DNA of 64,000 nucleotides from Octopus vulgaris (lineage: Eukaryota), in assembly GCA_951406725.2 (NCBI GenBank), contig OX597817.1, forward strand, positions 70,990,001 through 71,054,000. Reading direction: 5' to 3'. Below the pieces are notes generated by a model. It was not told the origin of the DNA and did no database searches. It saw only the letters and a program-made list of their open reading frames with translations. Every line of letters starts with the position of its first letter. The first letter of the stretch is position 1. Of this stretch, positions 1 through 13,594 are shown in pieces. The position numbers and the translations under genes are program-made.

Positions 1-152
1 CATGGAACATGAATATATACATTATAATAGTAAATGCGCGCGCGTGCGGGCACAAATATGTGAAAGCAAAAAGAAAGATACTTTCCTTTCATGAAACAAA
101 TCGTTTTAAAACCTAACTTCCGCAGAACAATTTGGAAGACGTCCATACATTT

Positions 153-190
<38 letters not shown>

Positions 191-921
191 AATGATAATC
201 GTTACTCTATTTGTCACAAAGACGACAGATGCAACAAGGTCAACACAAGGACAAATAGCAAAAAACCCCAGGGGGTTACATAGAATAGTGTATGAGAAAA
301 AGAAAGCACGAAAAAGAACGTTATAAAAGTAAATAAAATAAAAAATGCAAACACGGGCAATGTCGCCTGGGGCTAATCAGGGTCATCTCCACTCCATTAT
401 AACCCCTTATGGATCATGGATTCCCCTTAATACCATCATGGGGTGTGCTGCCTCCCTTAAGCGCCGTGTTTCTCCAAGCCAACAGACGCATACTCAAAAT
501 AGCATAATTTACTCGGCCTTTACTCCTTACGTTCACCCACATTTCAGCAAATAAAATGGAGGCCTGCTCCACCCTCTCCATCCTCAATAGGAATATTGAA
601 TGATAGCTGTTTTTCAGATATCATGTGTAAAATGTATGTTTTGGTATGTGAATTTTTACTGCTAAGGTTTGCAGCTTTTCAGAAGTAAATATGTAGGTGG
701 TGGTGAACTAATTTTGCTACACATACCAGTACACAATATTGTGCACATTCACACACATGCCACACATAAGTACATGCATATATAAATGCACACATATGGA
801 TATTAATATATACCCCCACACACACATACACATGCTCACATATAGATATCTTTATTTACATACATATGTTTGTGTATACACATACAGCGTGAATGCGTTT
901 GCATGCATGTATATAGTCAAG

Positions 922-1024
<103 letters not shown>

Positions 1025-1136
1025 GTGCATATACATGTATACATACATATATATACATCTATACACACAAATACATAATCATGTAATATATATATATACG
1101 TTATATGCATATGTGTAGATTTATATATGCATGTGT

Positions 1137-1219
<83 letters not shown>

Positions 1220-1558
1220 TATATGTGTGTATATACATATATGTATAAACACATATGAAATTGTGTGTGTGTGTGTGTGCATGAGTACATTACATAGAAG
1301 TAATTAGGTATTGCCTATGTGCGTATCATTTATGTGTGCATCATACCACCCGCGCTGTGTTTCTCTCTGTAAACACCCTGCTTACTACGCAGACAACCAA
1401 CCACGACATGCAGAACTTCGTTCCCAAGACTGACGACGCCCTTTCGTATACGTATCCTCATGACTTTCTGTCTTGAGTATAGCCCACAACAAAATGTATA
1501 CAAATATTCAAGCTACACTAAGCTCAACATCCACTATTAAATCATTATTATTGTTGTT

Positions 1559-1600
<42 letters not shown>

Positions 1601-1631
1601 GCTGTTGTTATTATTATTATTGTTTTTATTA

Positions 1632-2270
1632 ATGCGGCGAGCTGTCAGGATCGGAAGCACACCGGGCGAAATGTTTAGCGGTATTTCTTCTGCCGTTACA
1701 TTCTGAGTTCAAATTCCGCCAAGGTCGACTTTGCCTTTCATCCTTTTGGGGTCGATTAAATAAGTACCAGTTACGCACTGGGTCGATGTAATCGACTTAA
1801 TCTGTTTGTCTGTCCTTGTTTGTCCCTTCTGTGTTTAGCTCCATGTGGGTAGTAAAGAAATAGGCATTTCGTCTGCTGCTACGTGCTGAGTTCAAATTCC
1901 GCCGAGGTCGACTTTGCCTTTCATCCTTTTGGGGTCGATTAAATAAGTACCAGTTACGCACTGGGGTCGATATAATCGACTTAATCCGTTTGTCTGTCCT
2001 TGTTTGTCCCTTCTGTGTTTAGCCCCATGTGGGTAGTAAAGAAATAGGCATTTCGTCTGCTGCTACGTGCTGAGTTCAAATTCCGCCGACGTCGACTTTG
2101 CTTTTCATCCTTTCGGGGTCGATTAAATAAGTACCAGTTACGCACTGGGGTCGATATAATCGACTTAATCCGTTTGTCTGTCCTTGTTTGTCCCCTCTGT
2201 GTTTAGCCCCTTGTGGGCAGTAAAGAAATAGGTATTTCGTCTGACGCTACGTTCTGAGATCAAATTCCGT
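1632..2270 (+). mobile_element. tRNA-headed SINE family A with ~184-bp body repeated in tandem (3 full units + partial)
   Basis: Head tgcggcgagctgtcaggatcg (family consensus GGCGGCGAGCTGGCAGAA, compare 41075), B-box-like GAGTTCAAATTCC; unit restarts at ~1681, 1864, 2048, 2232. Confidence 0.85.
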
Positions 2271-2299
2271 ATATTTTGCAACTCTAGACTTGTTTTTTT

Positions 2300-2875
2300 T
2301 TTAAAAGAAATCCACAAGTCTGTCTACGAGTGCCTGTGAATCGGCGATCGCGTCTACAAGCGATGGTGTGCGCGAGTTTAGCGCGAGTGAAAGTGATTCA
2401 GAAAACGATTATAATAATATTTCTTATTATAAACGATCTTGACATTCTTTTTTATTTACTTCAGATATTCTTTATATCCTACTGTTGTTTTATTGCCATT
2501 TATTTACGAGTGTTATAAGATTTATAACATTACTACTAGGGAAAATTATTGCTCTGCTTTACGAGTTTTCGCTTTACGAGCGGTCTCCGGGAACAAATTT
2601 TGTGGTTTTGTTACACGTATTTTTATTTTTACTGTTTTCGTTTTTAAGTCAGTGAGACGCGGGTCATGTTATACAGAGGTCATTCATAGGTCAGTACATG
2701 GCTTAAATAGCGCGTTTATATTGTGCTACTTTACGTGGTCTGGCAAACATACACGCCTACGCACAGACATGCATACTTATACACTTAGTAAATACGGCAA
2801 TATACAAAAGCCAAACTTGCGCACTCATACACGTATGCACGTTCGGTTGTGTGTGCGCGTGTGTGTGTGTGTGTA

Positions 2876-2906
<31 letters not shown>

Positions 2907-3468
2907 GTACATATTCTTTCCCTTTTTCTTTTTCTCACCCTCTCACTTCTATTCTAGCCTTTTCACTTTCTCCTTTTCTGTCCCTTCGTCTTGTATTCTT
3001 AGCCTTTTCTTCTTTTTCTCTTTTTCTCCCTTTATTCCTTCATTATGTAAAGTAATATTCGTAGCCTCTTTAATATAGCTGTCCGTTCGAGCGGACTTTA
3101 CTGCGATTTTTTAACCCCAAGCGTCTAGCTGGTTAATTCAGGTCGACTAAAGCCTTTGTGAGTGGATACCGTACACGGAAACTGAACGAAGACTGTCGTA
3201 TATATATGTGTATATTTGTGAGTGCGTCTGTGTCTGTGTTTGTACCCTCACTATCGCTTGACAACCGATATTGCTGAGTTTACGTCCCTTAACTTAGCGG
3301 TTCGACAATAGACACCGATAGAATAAGCTTACAAAGAATAAATCATGGGGTCGATTTGTTTGACTAAACGTGGTGCTCCAGTATGGCCGCAGTAACATGA
3401 CTGAAACAAGTAAAACAATAAAATGCTATGCCATTTTAATCCCGAGCAACGCCGAGTATCTCTGCTAG
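2300..3468 (+). mobile_element. Probable non-autonomous Helitron (3' end clear, 5' end uncertain) containing a SINE B fragment
   Basis: cccgagcaacgccgag hairpin followed by CTAG|T at 3441-3469, the same terminus as the Helitron at 15641. Confidence 0.5.
3140..3420 (+). mobile_element. SINE family B, 5'-truncated
   Basis: Matches body and tail of the full copies at 63115 and 48920 (ggaaactgaa...gtcgatttg...gactgaaacaagtaaa). Confidence 0.85.
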
Positions 3469-3869
3469 TATTTGATATATAGTTAATATATTTCATGTAT
3501 CTAATTTGTTTATCCGCATAAATTACCTCTATACCCGCTCAACTTACAGCCTTTCTTTCCAGCCTCTTACAGTCTTTCTGTACCTTGTGGAACCAATCCC
3601 TTGTAAAGACATCTGAGTCTAAGTTAGATTCTTTTGAGACTACTAAGTGGTGGTGGTGGTGGTGGTAGTGGAGATGGTTGTGATTATTTAAGAATTATCT
3701 TTTATCTTTTCTGCTACTGGTTTCATCCAGATGCTGAGTCCATGTTGGGGCACCGCCTTTCAGTGAGATTGGGTTTGCTTTTGTGTACTCTTTCTGGTGA
3801 AGTAGCGAGTTGGATAAAGCTGGAGTTTTTTTTTTTTTTGTGTGTGTGTACCTCCTGCTGCAATATGTT

Positions 3870-4401
3870 TTCATCCGTATCTCACAAAAAAATTTTCCAC
3901 GCGTTCTTTGAAGACCTCCACGTCTACATCCATATAGTTCTCAATGGAAAAGGACAAAGACAATCAGCTAGCATTCCTGGACTTATTAATAACACGCACC
4001 AAGTGTGGATCCAGGACATCCGTATACCGCAAGCCAACCTTCACTGAACGGTACTTCAACTTCACAAATAAGGGGAGAAGAACATCGCAAAGCTGTGACA
4101 CGAGGAGATATTCATAAATCAGGTATAGCTGATCATGTATGGATAAATGGATGAAGTTAAAATAATAGACAGAGAACACCACTGGAAAATACGAAAACTA
4201 AAAGAGGCAGCACATATGTTACGACATAATAACCTCCTTGGCAGACCTAGTGCAAATATGAGTAGCATATGGGAACCGGTATTAAGGAAGGATAGGAAAA
4301 TATTAGATTTATAAACCCTAAAATTTACTTCATAATTGCCTACTGGCATATGGCGCGTGCTACTAATCCCAAGATTCCGAGTTCGATTCCAGGCAGTGAT
4401 T

Positions 4402-4476
<75 letters not shown>

Positions 4477-4480
4477 TATA
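3870..4480 (+). mobile_element. Penelope-like element 3' fragment (GIY-YIG C-terminus) followed by tRNA-like unit and (AAT)n
   Basis: 4150-4310 reads DEVKIIDREHHWKIRKLKEAAHMLRHNNLLGRPSANMSSIWEPVL, resembling the PLE endonuclease C-terminus; second copy at 34760-35110. Confidence 0.7.
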
Positions 4481-4567
4481 GAGATTGGCTTGTTTCAACA
4501 GAAATATATTCGTCTGAGATATTTCTTCGAGCAGGCATCGTAGCGAAATTGTGAAAATTGTGTTTGT

Positions 4568-4602
<35 letters not shown>

Positions 4603-4730
4603 CACATGCACGCACGCACACACGCGTACACATGCACACACACGCACGCACACACACGCACGCACGCAAGTACACACACACATATACACATATATACACA
4701 CATATAGGGAAGGGTCAATAAAGATATATA

Positions 4731-4782
<52 letters not shown>

Positions 4783-5215
4783 CTACGATGACTAAAAAGA
4801 AATAAATGTAATTCTTGCAGCCTATTTGTTTACAACGAAAGATATCAAATTTGGTTTTTATTGGTTTTTATATTGTTTTTTTTTTTGTTTTTTTTTTTAC
4901 TGATCTGCGATAATGATATGCTGTTGCTATTTGACCAGAAATCGATGCCGTAGATGTAAACAAGAACAAATACGAATCTTACCTGAAATTTTCACCTTTT
5001 GAGAACTGTCACTAATTAAACAAAAAATGCTTACATACATTTGTTCCACTTAATATTCTAAGGAAGCAAATGTTACCATGTAATTGGAAACTTGAAATTT
5101 GTTTCTAGAATGTTCGTAAAAATGTGGGATTGTCGAAAATTTTAAATATAATACTTTTAAGCCTCGTATTATTGACGAAGAGTCTTTCCGTGCAATCTAT
5201 CAATTTTATAATGTA

Positions 5216-6124
5216 TACGAAGGAGTACCCAAAACTAACTAGAAATATTCTATGTGGGACAAACCCGTTGTAGTTCAGGCCTCCGCCTCTAGAAGCCACT
5301 CGATGCGATCCTCAGGCGTCAGCCTGCCGACCGGCGTCATCGTGTTAAGTCGTATTGCCACGTAGTGCGTCTCTGTTTTGCAGTGCTTCTCCCCTGTTCG
5401 CCGATTTTTGCAATGGCTGAAACGAGGGAACAGCGTGCTTCCGTGAAATTCTGTTTTCTGCAAGTGAAAACGGCGGCCGAAACAGCTGTTATGCTTCAAG
5501 CAGCTTACAAGGACACTGCCATGAGGAAAACACAAGATTACTAGTAGTTTCCACGTTTTAGGAATGGTCGCTTGTCACTTGAAGACCAGTCTCGTTCAGG
5601 GAGACCGTTCCTAAAGAACGAATGACAACATCACGGAAACTCATGAACTGATCTTAGCGGACCATTGCGGAACACTTGATGAATATGTTGATATGATTGG
5701 TTTGTCCTGGAGCTCCTGCCAACGAATTTTGAACGAGGAATTGCGAATGAAAAGTGTTGCAGCAAAAGTTATGCCTCGCCTGCTCATGGAAGATCAAAAG
5801 CAGTCACGTCTAAATGTGTGTTCATGAGCTGAAAGAACAGTCGGAAGTTGATCCGGACCTTTTTTCGAAGGTCATCACTGGTGACGAAAGCTGGTGCTAC
5901 GAAATTTGCAGATGTGGAAGAGGCGAAGAAAAAAACGACGGAGGCGTTAAATTGCATCACTTCGCAAGAATTCCAGGACTGCTTCCAACAGTGGAAAACG
6001 CGTCTGGACCGATGCATTGCTTCAAATGGAGAATACTTTGAAGGCGATAAAAGGGTAAACATGTAAAACTAAGTGAATAAAATAATATTGCAAAATTCCT
6101 GTTTCGTTTGAGTACTATCTCGCA
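5216..6124 (+). mobile_element. Internally deleted mariner transposon remnant
   Basis: Degenerate TIRs (tacgaaggagtacccaaaac... / ...gtttgagtactatctcgca); peptides EQRASVKFCF, VITGDESWCY and FQQWKTRLDRCIASNGEYFEGDK; central catalytic region missing. Confidence 0.85.
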
Positions 6125-6239
6125 GTATTTCATATTGATACAATTTTAGGTTATTTCGATCGATTTTCAGTTTTGTTACAGGTTTTCTGAACTAATAAGA
6201 TACGTGTTAAACAGCAAGTCGCCATATTGACTAACAGCT

Positions 6240-6503
6240 TAGAATGAGAAAAATGAATGAAATGAGGAAAGCATCTAACAATACAGAGATAAAAGTTGCA
6301 AAACCTTTATACATTTCAGGCGGAAAGGTCCATTTTCAGAAGAATACAGTCAAAAGAATGTCAACACTCATTTCTATGTAGACTGACATTTCTTTGACTG
6401 TACTCTTCTGAAAATGGACTTTTCCGTCCGAAATATATAAAGATTTTTCAACTTTCATATCTGTATTGTTAGAATTTTTTACTTAATTTTATTTCCTATT
6501 CTA
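6240..6503. repeat. Fold-back inverted repeat (~120-bp arms) carrying a degenerate hammerhead
   Basis: 6240-6363 is the reverse complement of 6384-6503 with scattered mismatches; CTT-CTGAAAA-T-GGAC(ttttcc)GTCC-GAAA-TATA-TA-AAG at 6405-6442. Confidence 0.75.
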
Positions 6504-6999
6504 CTTACGTACTACAATGCTTCAAGCGAACTACAACACTCTTCTAACATCTTAAGATTTATAATGATTAGTGAAGTTATCAATAAAACAAGTATAAAAG
6601 AATTTTTAGCAAATTAGAAATGTTTCATAAACTTATAAATATATGAATGTTAAGGATATAAAATTTGTAAAATAATTATTGTGCTTTAGTAGTATGACAA
6701 GAAATCCAGCGTAAAACACATTTGAGTATCCGTGTGCATTGAGAAGGTATCGGTTGTATGGCTTTTTTTAAAATCTTATAGGCAAGAGAAAAAGACAGAG
6801 ATCATGAACCTTTACATGGCCTCCAAGACTGGTAGGAGGAAATAATGATTTCGATCGGAAATCCGTGGTCGTCACTGGTTCTATTATTCTCGTCGTAGAC
6901 GGTAACCATCAACTCGGAGATCGTGCCTTCTCGGAGGCATTTGAACTCGGGATGCTTGATTAAGATCGTATGGGCACCGGCACCACCGGAGATTTATAA

Positions 7000-7590
7000 T
7001 GAGCACCTAAGGCTCCTCTATGTTGTAAAAGCGCCATCAGTCAGGATTTGGAATGCTCTACTAGGCAAACATATGTTGAGATCCAGGTCAGCCTAAGGGT
7101 ACAAAGAGTCGGCGACAAAATGATTGGCAACCTCAGCATAGGAGGAAACCGCATCGAAAACGCCTCCTTATTACAATGAACTGATGACAGTGATTTCGCT
7201 TCGAAAACTTACATAGACGGCATCGTTAAGGCTACGACTTCAGACATCGAATGCAAAGTATTACTACTTGGTGGCACTACTAAACCCATTGAAAATATAA
7301 AGTCGAACAGCAAAAATATTACTAACCTTGCTAATCCAATAAATATACAAGATGCAGCTACAAAATCATATGTTGATGCTAAATTTATAAAGACTACCTA
7401 CTCTTTATCACCAGCGATGGGAAATGAGTCAGCTATACGTACAGTGCCTATCACCGGTGCATCTTCCGCTTATCAAATCTCATTTAATTCCAATTTTAGT
7501 AGTTTGAATATAGCAACGGAAATAATGGGGACAGTTTATCCTTTAACCAAAAAACGGCGAAGTGTGATAATAACAACCACCTACTTTTAA
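7000..7590 (+). pseudogene. Viral fibre-like repeat protein remnant (Polinton/adintovirus-like)
   Basis: One frame from 7045 to 7590 with a single TGA (7177): GDKMIGNLSIGGNRIEN...DFASKTYID...KNITNLANPINIQDAATKSYVD, i.e. repeats of the ITNLAxP...DAATKxYVD fibre/stalk motif. Confidence 0.7.
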
Positions 7591-7781
7591 GTTATTTAAT
7601 TTACATTTAGAAGGGTTGGAGATAATGTTGAAATCTCAAACATGATAGTAAAGTATAGAAATAACTGGTTGGTCTGGTGAAGGGGTTTATCAGTCAGCTT
7701 TCGTTACACTATACGCTACCATTTAAAGAAAGAAATGATAGTGACGGAGTATCAGGTAAGGCATTTACAAATTTAGTGAAA

Positions 7782-8385
7782 ATGAAGCCAGCTACAGCAA
7801 GCCAAATCAACACATCGATATATCCCGAACTACCTTTTGGCAGCATTAATGAAGCACTCGCCAAAAATAGGTCTTCTTACTCCAGAAAGGTCTCGAATAG
7901 CGGGACCAACGAACAACCCTTTTCAAGGAGTACCGTCGAGGGTTAACATCCTAGATGGTGTTCATACTGCATTGCTCACAATCGAAGTGGAGATCGGCGT
8001 CAACAGTATGTCTACTATTATTGCGGCACCAGTTGTCTTGAGTCTTGAAATCGCAGCCTTGGTCTGCGACGTCCTTTGACTGTCCAGTAAATTCGGTAGA
8101 CGTCGCCTTGAAGTCAACGCGAAAAAAGAATGACATAGATCCGGGTTCAATGAAAAATAACCTGAACTTTATCTCTGACAATGTGTCAACCAGATGTTGA
8201 ATTCCGTTTCATGGTGAACGAGGTCACGAATATGAACAACGAGATCCATGATCGGATACGAAAATCGCATGCCGTAGTTGCCCCCTCGGTGATTGATCAG
8301 GAGACAAAAAATTCCCTCATTCAACTGTGCTGAGACGAAGCCCAAGTCAGCTCCATAATAAAGTTATCAGCTTCACCAAGATATG
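7782..8385 (+). pseudogene. Frameshifted remnant of a hydrophobic-hairpin protein typical of Polinton/adintovirus-like elements
   Basis: Joined frames: IYPELP...RDQRTTLFKEYRRG/VNILDGVHTALL...STIIAAPVVLSLEIAALVCDVL*LSSKFGRRRLEVNAKK...LNFISDNVS...DVEFRFMVNEV...DQETKNSLIQ; family recognised from memory, not searched. Confidence 0.6.
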
Positions 8386-9049
8386 CAACTTCACATATAG
8401 CAGTGCTAGCCAAGATAACCTGCCCCAGTACAACTCATGATATTCGTTTACTTATGGTGATATACCTTTGGTTTGTCGACTCTAGGACTCAAAAAGAGAA
8501 TAAGCTTCAGATTTCAAGCCTTCAAAATGATATCATAAAAGTAGGCCGTTTGTTGCCAAGGGACTTGGATCCACTTCTGCAACTTTCACTATGAGGACGA
8601 TAGCCAGCAGCAAGAATCTCAGGGGCGCAACGTCTGTCTCGCCTATTCACGGGAATACGAGACGAGTAGAGGCCCCATCACTGCCAACAACACTCACAGC
8701 CCCAATTTCTGAGACATACAATTTCTATGATGTCAGCCCATATTGGAGAGGGTGGTAGGTTGTCCCTCGGGTCTCTTTACAATTTTTTGTGGATACGTAT
8801 GTGTGCATATGTTTGAGGCTCCGCGTTCATAAAAAATTGGCAATTGTAAATGCAAGATCGATCCAGTTGTTGAGCACGCAATCCCTGCTGTTCCATGAAC
8901 CGACAAAGGAGCCTCTGCTTGGCGGCTCGACCAGCTAGAAACTGCAGCTAAATGTCCTTCAAATTAAATCCTACCGTCTTAAAAATAGAAAAGACGGGAT
9001 GATTAAGCTTGCAGTACATTTGACCATAGCTGTGTTCGACCAGGGCTGA

Positions 9050-9107
9050 CCAAGTATTACTATTAAAGCTACATCACTATCACCAACGCTGCCACTATCA
9101 TCACAAA

Positions 9108-9148
<41 letters not shown>

Positions 9149-10215
9149 CCAATACCGCAGATATCGTCAACACCACTATTACCACCGCAACCACAAACCA
9201 TGACCACAGAAATCATCACCACCGCTGCTACAACCACCACCATTACCACTACAATGGCCAACATCATCACTATGTCCATCATCATCATCATCATCCTCAC
9301 CACCACTACTACCGTAACCGCCATATACATCACCTCCATCACCATAATCATCGCTACCACCTCGTCTAACCACAGCTACCATTAGCAGCACCACTACGAC
9401 TACCACCATAACTACCAACACCACTACCATCACGACGACGACGACTACAACGACCACTGCTGTTACTATCACCGCTACAACCAGACCCAGTTGTTTAGAG
9501 TACAAGCAACTTCTTACACTTCACAGTTTCCCTTTATGTTTCAGTCTCTTCCTCCTCCATCTCCTCCTACTCCTCTCCCTCTTTCTCCTCCTCCTCCCAT
9601 ACTCTTCAACTTCTCTGTTTTTCCACGCCATTATCTTCCGCCGCCCCTCTCCCCGCCTTCCCCTATCCCCCCACCCCAAAACCCCATCTCTCAGTAAACA
9701 TCGCTACCACCCATCCGCCCACCCGCCTACCCACCTGCCCGCCTCAACCGCCACAATCGCCACCCTCACAATAAAGACGCAAAACAAAATAACACTTCAA
9801 CCGCCCCACCATCAACATTGTAATCACTATTAGTACCAACATTATAACTATCATCATCATCATCATCATCACAACAGCCGCCGCCACCATTGCCATCGCT
9901 GCCACAGCTACCGCAATCGCCATTACCACAACCCCACCTTTCACCACTATCACCACCATCACCACCATCATTTCCAACACTAACATCACCACCATCACAA
10001 CCACCACCGCTACCACCGCTACCACAACCGCCGCCGCCACCAACATCATGACGGTGAATATAATCATCAGCATCATCATTAAAATCACCATCGACATAAC
10101 CATCACCACCGATACTCTATCACCATTCCCCTCGCGAAACCCCCAACATCGCCACCACCATCACCATCACCACCACTACCACCTTATCCACCAGCACAGA
10201 AACTTTTCTATTCTT

Positions 10216-10259
<44 letters not shown>

Positions 10260-10290
10260 GGTAATGGTGGTGGTGGTGGAGTTATAAGGT
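9050..10290. repeat. Cryptic trinucleotide mosaic (CAT/CAC/CCT/GTA)
   Basis: Interleaved degenerate triplet runs. Confidence 0.9.
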
Positions 10291-11045
10291 TGAATGTTTG
10301 AGAGATGGAGCTAGGATAAAAACGGGAGACGATTTGGCAATTTCGAAAAATCCCCAACTCCTAGCCTGGCATTAAAAAACACGAGCAGCAAACGACCCCA
10401 CTTTCCTCATAATAAAAAAAAAAATAGTACACAAAATAAAACAAAGCAAAATAAAAGAACGAAAACGGAAACAAAACGAAACAAAACCAAACAAAAAAAA
10501 AAGAAAGCGAAAAATAACCAAAGCCAACCAACAAACAAAGAACTTCACTTTGGTATGTCTAGTATGCTTTAGTTAGGGGTCAACCCACAGACAAGTTCTA
10601 TTTATAGTACCACCAACAAGGAGAGAGCACGAAAGGGGTGGTGGAGAAAAAACTGGGGAAAAAAAGCAGAAGAGTCGGCTCGGATTCAACCTCTAGTCTA
10701 AGTATGGACTACTTGTGTCTTATAAAACATTGTATATGTCTAAACACACAAATCAACGTGAGAGGCGCCTCTATGTGCTCGTTTGGCCTGCTAGAAATAA
10801 CAGATATTTCCGTTATTTCTAGTTCAGCCGTCAAAAAAATAAAACGGAAGAAAAAAAAGTACATATGTTACTGTATTTTTGTTTTTTTTTAATACTGAAA
10901 ACTATTCAATGGAAAAGAGCGCTAAATGTTTTTTGATTTGATCCTAAGCGCCAACTTGGGTTTTTAGCAGTAATAATATTGCACACACACACATAGGCGC
11001 ATATATGTAGCTACACGCGCACAGTATGAGCTGACAAAGATATGT

Positions 11046-11119
<74 letters not shown>

Positions 11120-11327
11120 CTTTTACTCTTTTACTTGTTTCAGTCGTGTGACTGCGGCCATGCTGGAGCACCGCCTTTTAGTCGAGCAAATCGACTCCGG
11201 GACTTATTCTTTGTAAGCCCAGTACTTATTCTATCGGTCACTTTTGCCGAACCGCTAAGTGACGGGGACGTAAACACACCAGCATCGGTTGTCAAGCAAT
11301 GCTAGGGGGACAAACGCAGACACACAA

Positions 11328-11358
<31 letters not shown>

Positions 11359-11515
11359 CATATATACGACAGGCTTCTTTCAGTTTCCGTCTACCAAATC
11401 CACTCACAAGGCTTTGGTCGGCCCGGGGCTATAGCAGAAGACACTTGCCCAAGATGCCACGCAGTGGGACTGAACCCGTAACCATGTGGTTGGTTAGCAA
11501 GCTACTTACCACACA
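11120..11515 (-). mobile_element. SINE family B inserted in (TCTA)n
   Basis: Near full-length reverse copy: tRNA-like head, CORE-like cttgggcaagtgtctt, internal (TA)/(TG) tract, (AGAGTAAA)-type tail. Confidence 0.9.
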
Positions 11516-11519
11516 CCAC

Positions 11520-11562
<43 letters not shown>

Positions 11563-11563
11563 G

Positions 11564-11631
<68 letters not shown>

Positions 11632-11818
11632 ATATCTGTTGTCTATCTGTCTGACTGTCAGTCTATCTATTGGACAAGCTACCTAGCCAACTGTTTGGTA
11701 TGTGGCCGTATCGCAAAGTTTACTTTCCAGCCACAATGGTTCCGGTTTTAGTGGATTTGGTAGGCGTAAACTGAAAGAAGTCCGTCGTATACGCGCGCGC
11801 ACACACACACACACACAT

Positions 11819-11864
<46 letters not shown>

Positions 11865-11867
<3 letters not shown>

Positions 11868-11960
11868 GGGGGGAGAATTCACAAAAAAAGAACCAAAATA
11901 ACAAAAGACGAAGACAGGTGGTGTAGACAATAAGCAGATGTATTAGTATAACGCTTGGGA
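11865..11960 (-). mobile_element. 3' tail of minimal-HHR element family (putative PLE terminus)
   Basis: aaaagacgaagacaggtggtgtagacaa...tattagtataacgct also occurs at 12370(+), 27520, 39030 and 50515. Confidence 0.7.
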
Positions 11961-11990
11961 TGATATATATATATATATAGGAATTATTAG

Positions 11991-12084
<94 letters not shown>

Positions 12085-12195
12085 GTGTGTATGTGTGTAT
12101 GCGTGTGTGTTTGTGTATGTGCGTGTGTGTGTGATATGTGAGAGTAATGTGAATGCGTTGGTGTGCATGTTTATAAACGTATGTATGTATATACG

Positions 12196-12229
<34 letters not shown>

Positions 12230-12234
12230 GCTTA

Positions 12235-12659
12235 CTCTGGTGGTAAGAAGCTTGCTTCCCAACCGCATGGTTCTCGGTTCAGTCACCTGGGCAACTGTTT
12301 TCTACTGTAGTCAGAGGCCAACCAAAATCTTGTGAGTGGATATTTCAGTTTCCGTCTTTCAAATCCACTAATACACCTGTTTGTTGTTCGTGCACCTGTC
12401 TTCGTCTTTTATTTTCTGTAAATTTGAACTAGATATATGTGTGTGTGTATTTGTGTGTGTGCCTGTATTTGCCTCCCCCACCCCGCCATCACTTGACTAC
12501 CGAAGCTGGTGTGTTTAAGTCCCCGTAATATATTGGTTCGGCAAAAGAAACCGGTAGAATACTTGGCTTACAGAGAATATGTCCTGGGGTCGATTTCTTC
12601 GGCTAACACATTTTAAGATGGTGTTCCAGCATGGCCGCTGTTAAATGAGTGAAATAAAA

Positions 12660-12660
<1 letters not shown>
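12235..12660 (+). mobile_element. Degraded SINE B interrupted by a short inversion and a PLE-tail fragment
   Basis: Head at 12235-12340, inverted ggaaactgaaa piece ~12343-12368, PLE tail 12370-12430, SINE tail 12440-12660. Confidence 0.7.
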
Positions 12661-12705
<45 letters not shown>

Positions 12706-12939
12706 ATATATCATACATACGACCCCAGGATTTACTCATTCATATTTGCGTGATTTACTCCTGAAGTGTATGAACAGTCCATAAACATATATCGTGTGGA
12801 CCTTGCTAATTCACTCTATAAGTATGTGAACAACATACAACCTTCTTGAGTGAGTGGAGAGGAGTAAATCAGGCCAATGTAACGTAGCCATGAGGCGGCG
12901 AGCTGGTAGAACCGTTAGCGCGCCGGGTAAAATGCTTGC

Positions 12940-13525
12940 CGTGACAGCAAAGAACAGCAAGTTTCAAGACGACGTGCCATTTGATGCTCGTTAAGTTCGT
13001 GTGGTACCCACTTGTCCAGCTTCTTTACCTTGCCGATTTGTATCAGATGGTCCAATACAGTTGGAATCGAAACATCAACCCTGGCTGCTAATTCACTCGT
13101 AGTTTGAGATGTATCCGCTTCCACTACAGTTTCCAGCTTATCATTATTCCCCTTGGTCTCAGGTCTACCACAGGGCTGATTTTCAAGAGTAAAGTCACCA
13201 GACCGGAACTTATCAAACCATTGATGTACAGTGCGCTCATTCACCATATCTATACCAGACACATTATTGATGTTTCGAGCTATCTAAGATGCATTGGTTC
13301 CACAACAGAACTCATATTCATAAACAACACGAATTTTTTAATCTTTCCATGGGTTCACAAAAATTAATTTACAAGAGAAAACTCACACCATGAATTTCAT
13401 TTCGAAAAGTGATGATGTAACTTTTCAATGTTGTAAAACAAAGAATTGTCAGGGTAAAACATTAGAGTTAACGACTGCCAAACTTGGTGCATAAGAAGCT
13501 CGGACATTTCATTCTTAATGACCTG

Positions 13526-13530
<5 letters not shown>
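12940..13530 (-). mobile_element. Mariner 5' fragment (terminus + HTH region)
   Basis: ORF 12915-13262 contains WFDKFRSGDFTLENQPCGRP and the mariner WVPHEL motif; terminus tatcaggtcattaagaatgaaatgtccga at ~13530; truncated at a SINE A head (12893-12938). Confidence 0.9.

Positions 13531-13594
<64 letters not shown>

Noticed and set aside
345-554. 69-aa ORF in non-repetitive sequence
   Set aside because: No motif or homology recognisable; length within chance expectation.
1681-2270. CRISPR-like regular repeats
   Set aside because: Units are near-identical along their full length with no unique spacers; tandem SINE body in a eukaryote.
7177-7179. In-frame TGA as selenocysteine or readthrough
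   Set aside because: Neighbouring genes are frameshifted and stopped, so decay is the simpler explanation; no SECIS seen.
7181-7215. CTGATGA...GAAA hammerhead-like match
   Set aside because: No stem II or stem I pairing; lies in the fibre-like coding frame.
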